From NCBI RefSeq assembly GCF_006345805.1, contig NC_043005.1, positions 66,340,001-66,404,000 on the forward strand: 64,000 bases of DNA, given 5' to 3'. Below, one piece after another: positions 38,790 through 51,594 of this stretch (positions are counted from its first letter, which is position 1; each line of letters begins with the position of its first letter). The DNA comes from Octopus sinensis. Lineage: Eukaryota. The position numbers were made by a program, and so were the translations under genes. A model generated the notes under the pieces. The model was given only the letters and a program-made list of their open reading frames with translations. It was not told the DNA's origin and made no database searches.

Positions 38790-40110
38790 GTAAATTTTCA
38801 GCCTCTATACCTCTCTGATACCATAGATTTCTACCGTTCAATATCAAAATCTTTTTCTTTAAAGCCTCTAGATTTTGTTAAGCTATTCTCCATGATCAGT
38901 GACCATGAGATCAAAATCCTGAAAAACACTAAGAAGTCAGTCTTACTCTCGATTATATATACTGGGCGAATGGTGGCACACAATTCAACCTATCCACTTG
39001 GATAGGTTGAATGGGAGTGGTGGTGTTGACTTCATGGGGCAGTTCATCCTGGATAATCTCAGCAAATATACACAAACTCACAGTTCGGTACTATACAAGG
39101 ACTATGGCCTGGCCATATATAACGATATGGGCGGTTACACACTGGACGAGTCCAGACTATTTGTTATGAACAATTTTAAAGTGTTTTGTCTATCCACTAC
39201 TTTCACCACCAACTTAACAATATTTCACTTCTTGGATTCTACTCTGGACCTCGAAACGGAGAAATATTACCCCTGCAAAAGAAAAAACAAACACAAAAAA
39301 AGAAGCATTGAACAAGGAAACTGTCTACGTTCACAAACGACTATCCTCCTGTTGTTATCAGAAACTTGGTCACAGGTATCAGCAGAAAAAATTACTAACT
39401 TACCATCGCATAAAGAGATGCTTAAGAGGGTACCACCTGATTATAAGAGGTTCTAGTAGAATTGTTTTAATGCTATGTTTGTGTACATGGAGAACCTGCA
39501 ACTACTTCTCCAAACCTAAGAAATTTACGAAAAGATAATTTCATATAAGCTTCTACTATGGCTAGAACCTTCCTAATTTTAATTAAGCAATTTTCCAGGA
39601 AATCCATTGATATAAAGCTTTTCACATAATATTAAGATCAGTTATTCGTGTTTACATAATATCACTTCCAGCGTTGAACAAACAAGCATCCACACAATGT
39701 CCATTCCACACTCCCACATGCAACTTTCGCAATCTATACAGATGTCCACTGGGAGGGATTTGCCTAACGAAGGCCATAGTTTATAGAGAACCTTCATACT
39801 AACCGATGGTATTGCGCGCTATTAAATGGTCATAATGACCAATAATTCTAAGGTCACATACTCTCTTCATATGTACTTCTTCAGAAGGAAGGAGAAGAAC
39901 AGCTAGTCCCTATTCATCTTGAGATTGAAGACCACAGTTACACCTAAACTGACATCCAATGGATTATAGATGACATATGACATGATCTCGCCTTACACAC
40001 GCAGTGCTCGAAAGTGCCAACTATGCCTCCGAGAAAAACTGCGCATACTTCAACAGCCTACATTAACCATTAACATAGAGAAGGGTATTTTATATTGCTG
40101 TCATCGGAGA
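38790..40110 (+). pseudogene. Degenerate Penelope-like element (RT C-terminal half plus GIY-YIG region)
   Basis: Broken frames: DFYRSIS..EIKILKNTKKSVLL; MGQFIL..LYKDYGLAI (cf. LYRDDGLA); FHFLDSTLDL; NIKISYSCLHN; CNFRNLYRCPLGGICLTKAIVY; IQWII; PYTRSARKCQLCLREKLRIL. Confidence 0.8.
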
Positions 40111-40257
40111 TAAGCGCTTTTGGTATATTTCAAGTCATTGACCTTCAACAATCTCGATATACAAAACTGTGTGTTTGTGCATGCGTGTATGTGTGTGCGT
40201 ATGTGTTTGTTTGTGTGTGTGTGTGTGTTTGTGTGCATGTGTGTGTGTGTGTGTGTG

Positions 40258-40336
40258 TAGGAAATTAAAAGCTATGGTCGGTCATAGAGTAACCATTAGT
40301 TTCACAGTATGACCGACCATAACTTTTAACTTCCTA
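40258..40336. repeat. 79-bp hairpin / mini-MITE (29-bp arms, 2 mismatches)
   Basis: TAGGAAATTAAAAGCTATGGTCGGTCATA vs TATGACCGACCATAACTTTTAACTTCCTA. Confidence 0.85.
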
Positions 40337-40359
40337 AAATATATGTTACTACCCTAATG

Positions 40360-40585
40360 CAGTGATTCCCAACGTGGGGCATACGCTCCACCAGTGGGGC
40401 CTAAGGAAAATTGTAGTGGGGCATGGGATCCATTTTTTAAATTTTTTGTAGGTCATGGAGTTGTGGAAATCTTTTTTTCACAGCAGATATACTATACCTC
40501 TACATTTTTTTCAACCACCGATATGGCAAACATTTTTCTGGAATGTTATAGTGGTGCTTGGGGGGAAATAGGTTGGGAAATACTG
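40360..40585. mobile_element. hAT (Charlie-like) MITE, old
   Basis: TIRs CAGTGATTCCCAAC / GTTGGGAAATACTG (12/14); TSD poorly preserved. Confidence 0.65.
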
Positions 40586-41077
40586 CTTCAGAGTGTTATT
40601 TTCCTTTGGATTTATGAACTACTGACGATGTATATATGTGTGTGTGCGCGTATGTGCATGTATTAGTTTAAAATCGGTAACGCGACAAGAATCTTTTATC
40701 AATTTTCACTTGCTTTAGTCATTGCACACCAACTGTACTGGGACATCACCCTGAATGATTTAGTCGAGAAAATGGGAACAATACTTAATTTTTAAAGTCT
40801 GGTATTTATTCTATCGGTTTCTTTAGCCAAACTGCAAAGTTACAAGCACTTAAGCAACCTAACACCCGTCATTCAGTGTTTGCAAACACAAAAGGATATA
40901 CAGATTTTCATATACAGAATGGGATTTCATACACTTTCCGTCAACCAAATTCATTATAAACGTATTAGTCAGGCCGCGATGAGAGACCGAAATCGAAACC
41001 CTGTGATTGCATAAAGATCTTCTTTGCTATGCAGCTATGCCTACAACTAAAAGAGAAAAAAAAGAAAAACCATAATT

Positions 41078-41148
41078 TGCATCGGCCGGGAATCGAACCC
41101 GGGCCGCCCGCGTGGCAGGCGAGCATTCTACCACTGAACCACCGATGC
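41078..41148 (-). tRNA. tRNA-Gly-GCC: tRNA-Gly, anticodon GCC, intact
   Basis: GCATCGGTGGTTCAGTGGTAGAATGCTCGCCTGCCACGCGGGCGGCCCGGGTTCGATTCCCGGCCGATGCA (71 nt). All stems pair, A and B boxes are canonical, a T-run terminator follows about 8 nt downstream, and a TATA-like tract lies about 25-40 nt upstream. Confidence 0.97.
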
Positions 41149-41696
41149 AACTGCTTCTGCTGCAGGCATAAAATATATATAAGTATATAATAATATACAA
41201 GCTAAAAGTTTTCTGCTAGCTCTTCACAGAAAGTTATCAGTATTCTAATCTATTGAAATACTGTAATATATTGATCCTATTCTGTTCTGTTAACGTTTAT
41301 CATAAACAGGCCCTTCTTCTATATTTACGTGCATTGGCTGGAATTATCTAGATTTCCTTATGATTGTGTTTATGATGCCTGTATGCTTCCATTCACACAC
41401 CTCTATTTAAAAGCGATAATTTTTCATTTCCATTAATGGCTGATACGGTATATTTGTTTAAATATTGGTGAAAGTAGAAATGGTAAATTCGAATTACCCG
41501 CATTTTTTTTATATCTGTTACTTTAGAAACAGGTACAGGCGTTCCTTCGTTCTAACTCGAGAAAACCATAACAAGATCTTGGTTGTTTCCGTGTCAACTC
41601 GACAATTCACTTCGGATATGTTCGTGACCTCCATGACAGTGTACGTGTTCTGTTTTCATGTATTTATGTGGTGTGGAATATAGATATAACGAAATT

Positions 41697-41846
41697 AATG
41701 GTTAGGGCAGCGGGCTCGCGGTCGGAGGATCGCGGTTTCGATTCCCAGAACGGGCGCTGTGTGTGTTTATTGAGCGAAAACACCTAAAGCTCCACGAGGC
41801 TCCGACAGGGGGTGGTGGTGACCCCTGCTGTAGTCTTTAGCCCCAA
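41697..41846 (+). mobile_element. SINE family C, 5' fragment
   Basis: Matches 23150-23285(-): TGGTTAGGGC..CTCGCGGTCG..TTTCGATTCCCAGA..GAGCGAAAACACCTAAAGCTCCACGAGGCTCC. Confidence 0.85.
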
Positions 41847-41899
41847 CTAGATCTGCTAGATCTGTAAATGAGTATTTGATTGAATACTTCAAGTGGGTT

Positions 41900-42700
41900 G
41901 TCAATGCTTTTCTATATCCTTTAAAATCTTAGGTATAGTTCTGTAATGTCTTGTTTCCTGTGTTACAGATTCCGCAGTATATCTTTGTATTTGGGGGGAG
42001 CCATTTATTGCTGGGATGGTCGTTTCAAGTGTGTTTTCTTTTGTAAAGTGCTATGTTTATTTTATATGGTACATCCTGTTGTGCCACTTTCAATGATTTC
42101 TGGTTGTTCAGTCTTGTTTGTTATTTACAGTGTATATTACATTTCAATTTTCGGGTTATTGCTCATTACAAATCTCCATACTTTTGCAAATGTATTCGCA
42201 TTTATACACTTCCTTACTTTAACAGTCCTCGAAGGTGATGCTTAATTTGAATGGGACACATTAATACACTGTTAATTAATTCAATTTTATGTTTTTATTT
42301 TGTCTATATTTTAGAGGTTAGTGGTGAAAAACGGGGGCCTTTTTGTTTGGAGATCATGCTTTGTGATATAACGGCTTTTGTATCCTCTGTTACATTATTT
42401 TCGTGTCAAAAACATATTAATCACCCGCTGCGAAATGCATTACACATTATAACTCACCCTGCCATGTTTTTACTTAAACATGGTCATTGTTGATTTGTTT
42501 ATAAATAGCGTTGGACTACGAAAATTTGTTTAGTTTGCTTTGGAATGTTTCATTTTTTTTACTCTTGTTCGTGTCCAAATGGACATTTCGCTCTTTACTT
42601 TACCTTGAAAGTTAACGTCCCTTCAGTTTTTTAATTTCATTATGAGCTGAAATATTTTAAGAAATATATTTTGTGGGAAGTAATAAAATTTAACACGTAG
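41900..42700 (-). pseudogene. Possible very degenerate PLE GIY-YIG region
   Basis: Scattered minus-strand peptides NISAHNEI, KCPFGH, NAIYK and AKVWRFV occur in the order expected from the 38.8-40.1 kb element. Weak. Confidence 0.25.
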
Positions 42701-42745
42701 TTGATCTGTTTTTAAATAGCGTAGCTATTATTGTGTGTCTCATAT

Positions 42746-43157
42746 CTCTTTTTTTTTTACTCTTTTTACTTGTTTCAGTAATATTGACTGCGGCCATGCT
42801 GGTGCACCGCCTTTAATCGAGCAACTCGACCCCGGGACTTATTCTTTGTTAGCCCAGTACTTATTCTATCGGTCTCTTTTGCCGAACCACTAAGTGACGG
42901 GGACATAAACACACCAGCATCGGTTGTCAAGCAATGCCAGGGGACAAACACAGACACACAAACATACACGCACATACATATATACATATATACGACGGGC
43001 TTCTTTTAGTTTCCGTCTACCAAATCCACTCACAAGGCTTTGGTCGGCCCGATGCTATAGTAGAAGACACTTGCCCAAGGTACCACGCAGTGGGACTGAA
43101 CCCGGAACCATGTGGTTGGTAAACAAGCTACTTACCACACAGCCACTCCTGCGCCTA
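42746..43157 (-). mobile_element. SINE family A, full length
   Basis: As for the other A copies; head-to-head with 43294. Confidence 0.9.
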
Positions 43158-43293
43158 CGTTTCATATTTTCATATTTCTCAATTTGTTTTATGCTATTTA
43201 AACAATACATTTTCTGCATAACAAACATATATGAGTCATGTACCAGATATCAATCCTACTTACTGGGATCGTTTCTTTGTGTTTGCATTCATA

Positions 43294-43666
43294 TAGGCGC
43301 AGGAGTGACTGTGTGGTAAGAAACTTGATTCCCAACCACATGGTTCCGGGTTTAGTCTCACTGCGTCTTCTACTATAGCCTCGGGTCGATCAAAATCTTG
43401 TGTGTGGATTTGACAGACGGAAATTGAAAGGAGCCCGTCATATATATATATATGTATGTATGTATTTCTGTGTCTATGTTTGTCCCCCATCAACTCTTGA
43501 CAACCGATGTTGGTGTGATTACGTCTCCATAACTTAGCAAAAGAGACCGATAGTATAAGTTCTGGGCTTATAAAGAATAAGTCCTGAGGTCGATTTGTTC
43601 GACTAAAGATGGTGTTCCAGTATAGCCGCAGTCAAATGACTGAAACAAGTAAAAGAATAAAAGAAT
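43294..43666 (+). mobile_element. SINE family A, diverged
   Basis: As for the other A copies. Confidence 0.85.
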
Positions 43667-43884
43667 ATGTTACTTTTAACTTTTATTTATCCAAAATGCT
43701 TCTTCATTCGTTTATGCAATCGTTTAAAATTACTTAAATATATCTTTTGCGTGCATAATAATCACATGGAGATATATGATAGGTATCTGTTGTGCAATTC
43801 TAATCATTCAAACAATATTTACATTATTTACATTTGACGGATATTTGTCCTCATCTTGTTTGTTGTTAACACAACGTTTCGGCT

Positions 43885-43997
43885 GAACTCGGAATCTTGG
43901 TTAAGAACGCGGGCTACTAATCCCAACATTCCTAGTTTGATTCCAGGCACTGACCTGAATAGTAATGATAATAATAATAATAATAATAATAATAATA

Positions 43998-44077
<80 letters not shown>

Positions 44078-44100
44078 TATTATTATTATTATTATTATTA

Positions 44101-44137
<37 letters not shown>

Positions 44138-44138
44138 C

Positions 44139-44169
<31 letters not shown>

Positions 44170-44238
44170 TCACTGCCTGGAATCAAACTAAGAATGTTGG
44201 GATTACTAGCCCGCGTTCTTAACCAAGATTTCGAGTTC
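43885..44238. repeat. Fold-back: 77-bp tRNA-like arms (4 mismatches) around (AAT)n/(ATT)n
   Basis: 43885-43961 vs 44162-44238. The arms contain TGGTTAAG (A-box part), an anticodon-like loop CTAGTAA/CTACTAA and AGTTTGATTCC (B-box-like). Confidence 0.85.
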
Positions 44239-44842
44239 AACTGTATTACTTAAACAATATATTTTCATGTATTAATCACAGTAAGGTATAAAATAAGAAT
44301 CAGTTGTGCTTGCAATTTAGCAAATATTTCTTCTTTCCTAAAATTTTGATTTTGTTTTGTTTTGTTTTCCAAAATGCTCAATTGTTATGCGTTGGTCATT
44401 ATCTTAAAGGCAGGTCAGCGACCAGAAAGGCAAAGGTTTTTTCTAGTCTTCCCCAGTGTTTCTCACAACCACTTTTGAAGTAACCTTAGTATGAAGAGAG
44501 CGTGCGGAGAAGGTTGTGGATACTCTAATTCCACCACGTAGGTACTTCTTTCCTCTCTATAGGAGTATGTAATATTGGAGAGGCAGACAGGAGAGTGAAA
44601 AGTAAAACTCACATAAATCTGTTGATGTTTTCAACATTCAGACATCGGCCATCCGTATCACACCATTATTAGATTAAATGACAGAGAACGATATAGATTA
44701 TCCATAGATTCAGTAGTTGGTTACAGAAACCACAAATTACTGACATTCACAATCATTATAAAGAAGTCTAAAATTGATACTCGAAACTGCATTCGTGTGT
44801 TCTACATTGAAAGATTCAATGATCAGATTAGCAAAACGGTTA

Positions 44843-45365
44843 CCGGAAATCCTCGAGTATAGTCCGCCCTTGAGTATAATACGCAGGGGATTATTAGGGG
44901 GATGTACCTCTGAAAAACCTAAACCTTGTGTATAATACGCACCCTTCTCTAACTTGAGTCGTGCGTAATTAAGCCACCAGCTCCTAGTCGAACAAACACT
45001 TCTGCGCATGCGTAATACAATAATGGTGATGTTCTTAACTGTTATATGGGAATATAAATATGTTTGCAAATTGTTTTTGTTACATGTTATTTTATGTTCT
45101 GAATACTTTTATTTTAATGAATGTTGCTTACTGCAAGTTATGGATGATTCTTTTATGACTTCATTGCTTTCAGGCTTAGCTTAAGGTATTTTCGCGCCCG
45201 ACATCACAAAATGCGCCTGAATAAACATTGCCGGACAGCAAATAAAGACTTGGACATTGCTTAGAAAATATTTTTCATTTTTAACCTCGTATATAGTACG
45301 CACTAGGGATTTTGACCTTTAAATTTTGGGAAAAAAATGCGGATTATACTCGAGGAAATTGATGG
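44843..45365. mobile_element. Tc2-like MITE, second copy (opposite orientation to 10685)
   Basis: TA-CCGGAAATCCTCGAGTATAG left end; both outer parts match 10685-11195; right TIR degenerate. Confidence 0.8.
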
Positions 45366-46312
45366 TTGCAAGTATTACTAACAGATGATAGTCTGACTAA
45401 AAGGAAAACTGTTTTGGCGAAGAAAATAATAATTAGCCTAAAATATGTCTTTCGATTGTATATAGTGGCTCTCTTGGAGTAACTGTGAGCCTGAATATAA
45501 AGAATTTCTACTGATTAACGTAAATAGAAACAATAAAAGCTGAAGAAACAATTTATTGCCTTCGTAAGCAAATAGTAAATACAAACAATCTGCAAAGGAT
45601 AATAAGTTAGTTTACTGCAAAGAAAAATACAACACTGTTATTTCTAACAATCAGTGCCCTTGATGGATTGTACAGTGATCCTAACTTTATGCTTAAAATC
45701 ATTGCATTATTGATATAAAAATCAAGATCATACGTGTGATCAAATCTATCGTCACAAATAATCTATATTTAGATTAATTGAATAATCGATTTAATTTCAC
45801 GGTCAATCATATCACATCAGATGTTCAAAATATCTTATATCTGGGACATTTACCTTCCTGTTACCGTAACAATATCAAGACAATGAGAGTTCCCATACCT
45901 GGTTACTCGACCTGCCAGAAATAGTTCTCATATGTTCCTTACAACATACCACCGTTTTCAAAAGTGACTAGAGTCATTAATTACACTAGGGTTCCCTATA
46001 ATTCTACTCCACACAAAACAAAAAAGTTGGTTAGTACTAGAATGCTTTTAACGTAAGTCTGTTGGATGATGATTGTTTTAAAGTTAATCATCTTCAATAG
46101 TAAAAATTTAGAATACATCTACATACAGGATATGTGTCAGAGTGGAAAAAGAATTCACGAATATGCTCCAATGGCTCGCGTAGAAAACCAAGTTTTTCTA
46201 TCATCTTCGTCTCTTATCTCTTTAACCCTGTATCCTCCCTTGAAATATTCAGCTACATATCTTCTCTATGCAGGCTCATCGCACTTAATGCAATTTATCC
46301 TATTCGCGTCAC

Positions 46313-46440
46313 CGCTAGAATAAGTACTAGGCTTACAAAGGACAAGTCCTAGGGTTGATTTGCTCGATTAAAAGCGGTGCTCCAGCATGGCCACATTCAA
46401 AATTACTGAAACAAGTAAGAGAGTAAAAGACTAAAGAGTA
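46313..46440 (+). mobile_element. SINE family A, 3' fragment
   Basis: AGAATAAGTACTAGGCTTACAAAG...GCGGTGCTCCAGCATGGCC...GAAACAAGTAAGAGAGT. Confidence 0.8.
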
Positions 46441-47989
46441 TGTCAAAATCGTCAGAGAGCAACATATGAATTTATGATGTAAAATCACGATATATTGTAC
46501 TTTAGGCTTTCTATCGAAGTAGAATATTCGAGGATGCTCTGATGGAAGAATACGTGATATACAGGACAGCTTTCAATCAATGTGCATCAACTTGCCTATC
46601 AATATGGTTTTGTGCTGTAAAAATGTTCTCGTGATCTCTCTCCATGGAAGTACTGTTGGCCAGTCATGAAGTTATAAATTTGCAGATAGATGACGTCTGT
46701 ACACGGAAAGTTAAGGAGTGACAAGTGATATTTTCTGCAGAGGTGTGTTGTGAGAAGTAATCACGTCCATATCGGATTTTATGGAATGTGAGTCTGAGAG
46801 TGCTCTGTATGAACACTTTACGATGGTGCGATCTAGTAAAATATCGAGTGAATAAGAGACGAGTGATGATATACAAATAACGTATCGAAGTAGATATCGG
46901 GCAAGACTCTGTTGAGTGCTTTCTTGGTGTCATGCTTTAACCAGAGTTCTCAATAAGAAAGGATCACTAATGTGGCACAGAAGAACTAGCCCTCAGCAAA
47001 TCTGGTTCACAAGGAAAAAAGAGTGGGAGGCTGAAGATGATGATAAAGTTGACTGATTTCAACTGTTAGCATTAACTTTAAATTGTCGAATGTGCGATAA
47101 AACATATAATGAGGGAACTGTGAATGATTGTGGTGTACGAATGCATATTTTGCTTCTCTAATAATAATGCTGCAGGCATTGTAAGGTAAATAACAGTCTT
47201 CCAGCCGTAATGTAAGCAGTTGTTTTTGCATATAATAATGTGAAACAAACAGAAACGAAGTAAGAGAACTGGGAAGAGAAAGATGCAAACAGAATCATTG
47301 TTGCTGGTACGGAAATCCAGGCGAGAGAAATGAGTGATAGAGCAGAATATATTGAAAGTACACTTGGACGTTTTGGGACAAGACAAAATGTGGTCAGAGG
47401 AAAGAAAAGATAAAATAGATATAGAGAAGGGTGAGAGATTTATGTCTCAGATATATGCTACAATGTTGAACTGAAGTCCACGTGTAGATGATAATGTATA
47501 ACCCAGGCGTGTCGGTCATCATTGAAGAAAATTTCGTAGATTTACCGGGAGTAAATGCAATAAAAGCAACAGCAGCAGCAGCGACGTCGGCAACAACAAC
47601 AGCAACAACAACAAGAGTGGTATGAATTGGTTCATTATGACATGTTTTACAGATCGATAAAACTGAATGTTGGCACGCAGTTCATTTCATGACTATCAGG
47701 CTTTATTTATTTGAACGGGTAACGAGCATGATTGCCTCGGCCAATATGGCGATTTTCTAAGCGAAAGAGAGTTTTAACTATTACGTTGCATCTTCGTTGT
47801 TTTACTTCGGAAACATTTATTTTTGATGTCACATTATTGGCTTGCACCTAGTGAGACACCGGGGAGAAAATATACACAAATTCCATTGACAGCAACGTGT
47901 CAGCTATTTTCCATAAAAAAAGCCAGAATCATTTTATTTCATTACATCATTTTCAATGAAACTAATAGAATAAAGTGATAATGATGACA

Positions 47990-48066
47990 ACATTCATAAT
48001 TATTATGATGATATTGATGATGACGATGATGATGATGACGATGATGATGATGACGATGATGATGAC

Positions 48067-48099
<33 letters not shown>

Positions 48100-48112
48100 A
48101 ATAATAATAATG

Positions 48113-48145
<33 letters not shown>

Positions 48146-48150
48146 TAATA
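47990..48150. repeat. (GAT)n-(AAT)n microsatellite
   Basis: Direct reading. Confidence 0.95.
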
Positions 48151-48354
48151 ATAATGTTCCATAGGTACATGGTACATGCGTGGATGAAAAATATATATGT
48201 ATTTATATATATAATGTAAATATGTATATATAATATATATATGTACCTGTGTGAGTGTGTGTGTACATGCGTATGCGTGTATATGCGTATGCATATACAT
48301 GAATACATATATATATATACGTTTGTGTGTGTACATACGTATGTATATACATAC

Positions 48355-48387
<33 letters not shown>

Positions 48388-48401
48388 ATATACACATAAA
48401 T

Positions 48402-48486
<85 letters not shown>

Positions 48487-48741
48487 TGTATGCATGTATG
48501 TAGGTGTGTTTTATATGCTTGTATATATATAGCATGTACTACATTGTATATTTCTATATATTTCATTTCCTATTCAGTGTTCCGTACCAGTACATGAATA
48601 TGTAAATACTCATACATATATTTTCGAAAAATATATGAAGCATCACGCATGAAACTCTCAACCCTCGAGTCACTTACGTACATAGTTAAATATCTGTCTA
48701 TTAACCTTCTCCCTTCCTCTCTCTCACTTTCTCTTTCACTG

Positions 48742-48775
<34 letters not shown>

Positions 48776-48823
48776 TTATATGTATATATATATATATAAT
48801 ATATATATATACAGAGAGAGATG

Positions 48824-48857
<34 letters not shown>

Positions 48858-49148
48858 CAGATAGATAGATAGATAGACAGATAGACAGAAAGATGTGTTT
48901 GTGTGTGTGCGTGTGTGTGTATGTGTGTTTGCGTGTGTGTGCTTGTGCATGTATATGTGTTCATGCGCATCCACAGTGCAAAAGAAAGAGGAAGAGAGGA
49001 AGGGAAAAAGAGAAGGTAGGAAGACAAAAGGTGAAAGAGAGAGATGGAGAAAATGAACGAGCGAGTCGTAAAGAAACATTTTAAAGCTCATAGCATATAC
49101 AGAATATATACATACATACATACATACATACATACATACATACATACA

Positions 49149-49179
<31 letters not shown>

Positions 49180-49215
49180 TGTATATTTGTATATATATAT
49201 ATATATATATACATG

Positions 49216-49294
<79 letters not shown>

Positions 49295-49415
49295 CATATA
49301 TATAAATACATGTATATATACATATACACACACATATAACTTCATTAATCCACGTGTGCATATATATGTGTTTATATATGCATGTGGCTCTACCTCTCTC
49401 TCGCTCTCTCTCTTC

Positions 49416-49452
<37 letters not shown>

Positions 49453-49498
49453 CATACCTACATACATGCATATACAAGTTCATTAACGCACCTGGATT

Positions 49499-49539
<41 letters not shown>

Positions 49540-50446
49540 GTGTGCGCGCGCGTGTGTGTGAGCGCGTGTGTGTGTCTGTCTGTCTGTCTGTATGTATGTA
49601 TGTATGTACACTCACAAGTGTATACTTAAACATTATATATTTAGAAGAATGAACGTGTTATGAAAAAAAAAACGAAAGAAAAAGAAACCAAGTTCAATAA
49701 AACCAAAAGTATATACATGAGAATTACGAATACAAACAAAATGTTAAAAAAGAAAATGGTGTAATCTCTCAGAAATTCCACTTTTCATGTAAAGTTCACT
49801 CTTTGACATTTATCTGTTACGTACCAAAGAGAACTTTCAAGAGAGACAACTGCACATAATCTGAAACACGGAAGGTGGATTGTAGCTTTAAAGGTTGGGA
49901 AGGCAAAACCTAAGCCTTGCACGCATTACAACGTTCACCCTTTTCTTTTATGTTGTTACTATTATTTATGTATTTATTTAGTGATTCGTTTATTTATTTT
50001 TAAATGTTCTATGCAGATAATTGTGACTTACTAACGATGAACCGCGTCTCGCCTCTTTTATTTCTTCGTCGATATGCACGATTATGATGATGATGTTGTT
50101 CTTGGTCATGATGATGTTCTTGATGGTGATGATATTGATGTTGCTGTTATTGATGATGATGATGATGATGATGATGATTAACGGCGACGACTATGCTGAT
50201 GATAACGGTGATTGATGATGATAATGTTGAAGACGATGGTGATGTGGAGATGGTAGAAGCAGTCGTCTTAACAATAATGGTGATATTGATGATTGAGGTG
50301 GCAGAGATAGAAATGGGTGGGATTATGAAATTGTCGATATCTTACTGGTGGTGGAGCTGTTTAGACTTATTAAGTAGTGTTGTTGCTGTCATTGTTGATG
50401 GTGCACGTGGTGGTGATTACTGATGTTGTAATACATATATAAAATA

Positions 50447-50692
50447 TGCCTTTTTAAACCCTAGCTAGGCTCATGGGCCCGGTTTCCCGGTTTCAATGGC
50501 GTATGTGTTCCCCAGCTGGACGGGACGCCAGTCCATCGCAGCGTTACACATTTTCACCAGCTGAGTGGACTGGAGCAACGGGAAATGAAGTGTTTTGATC
50601 AAAAACACAACGCGTCATCCGGTCCCGGAATCGAAACCACAATCTTACGATCATGATGCTGACACCCTAGCCACCAAGCCACGCGCCTCCAC
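50447..50692 (-). mobile_element. SINE family D (tRNA head, CORE-like and V-like central motifs)
   Basis: Minus strand TGGCTTGGTGG A box, GGTTTCGATTCC B box and GCGATGGACTGGCGTCCCGTCCAG (V-domain-like, recalled); 13-bp TSD TACTGATGTTGTA (50418-30 / 50694-706). Confidence 0.85.
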
Positions 50693-50814
50693 CTACTGAT
50701 GTTGTACTTGTCGATATTTGTTGTGTTTTAGACGGTGGGCATAACCCAGAAGACAGGTGAATTGGTTAGAGCCGTAATTAATGGTAAGGACTGTGAAGTA
50801 ATGATTATTATATA

Positions 50815-51048
50815 TTCTTTTCTTTTTTTTTACTTGTTTCAGTAATTTGACTGCAGCCATGCTGGAACACCGCTTTTAGTTGAGCAAATCGATCCCAGGA
50901 CTTATTCTTTGTAAGCCTAGTACTTATTCTATCGGTTTTTTTGCCGAACCACTAAGTTACGGGGACATAAACACACCAGCATCGGTTGTCACGCGATGTT
51001 GGGTGGGGACAAACACAGACACACACACACACACACACACACATACAC

Positions 51049-51100
<52 letters not shown>

Positions 51101-51264
51101 GACGGGCTTCTTTCAGATTCCGTCTACTAAATCCACATACAAGGCTTTGGTCGGCCCGAGGCTATAGTAAAAGACACTTGCTCAAGGCGCCACGCAGTGG
51201 GACTGAACTCGGAACCATGTTGTTGGTAAGCAAGCTAATTACCACACAGCCACTCCTGCGCCTA
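50815..51264 (-). mobile_element. SINE family A, full length
   Basis: As for the other A copies; head-to-head with 51377. Confidence 0.9.
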
Positions 51265-51376
51265 TATATTTACACCAACAGTATAATGATGGCTTAGAAT
51301 GGTAGTATTTATAAACTATGATAGGTGGAGTGGTAAAATTAAAGGTTTTAAACAATGAGGTACAGGAGTGGTTTTA

Positions 51377-51546
51377 TAGGCGCATGAGTGGCTGTGTGGA
51401 AGGTAGCTTGCTTACCAGCCACATGGTTCCGGGTTCAGTCCTGCTGCGTGGAATCTTGGGCAAGTGTATCCTACTATAGCCTCGGGCCGACCAAAGCCTT
51501 GTGAGTTGATTTGGTAGACGGAACTGAAAGAAGACCGTCATATATA

Positions 51547-51594
<48 letters not shown>

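Noticed and set aside
47690-47960. Possible Tc1/mariner internal remnant (TGACAGCAACGTGTCAG)
   Set aside because: No TIR pair, TSD or coding motif could be supported.
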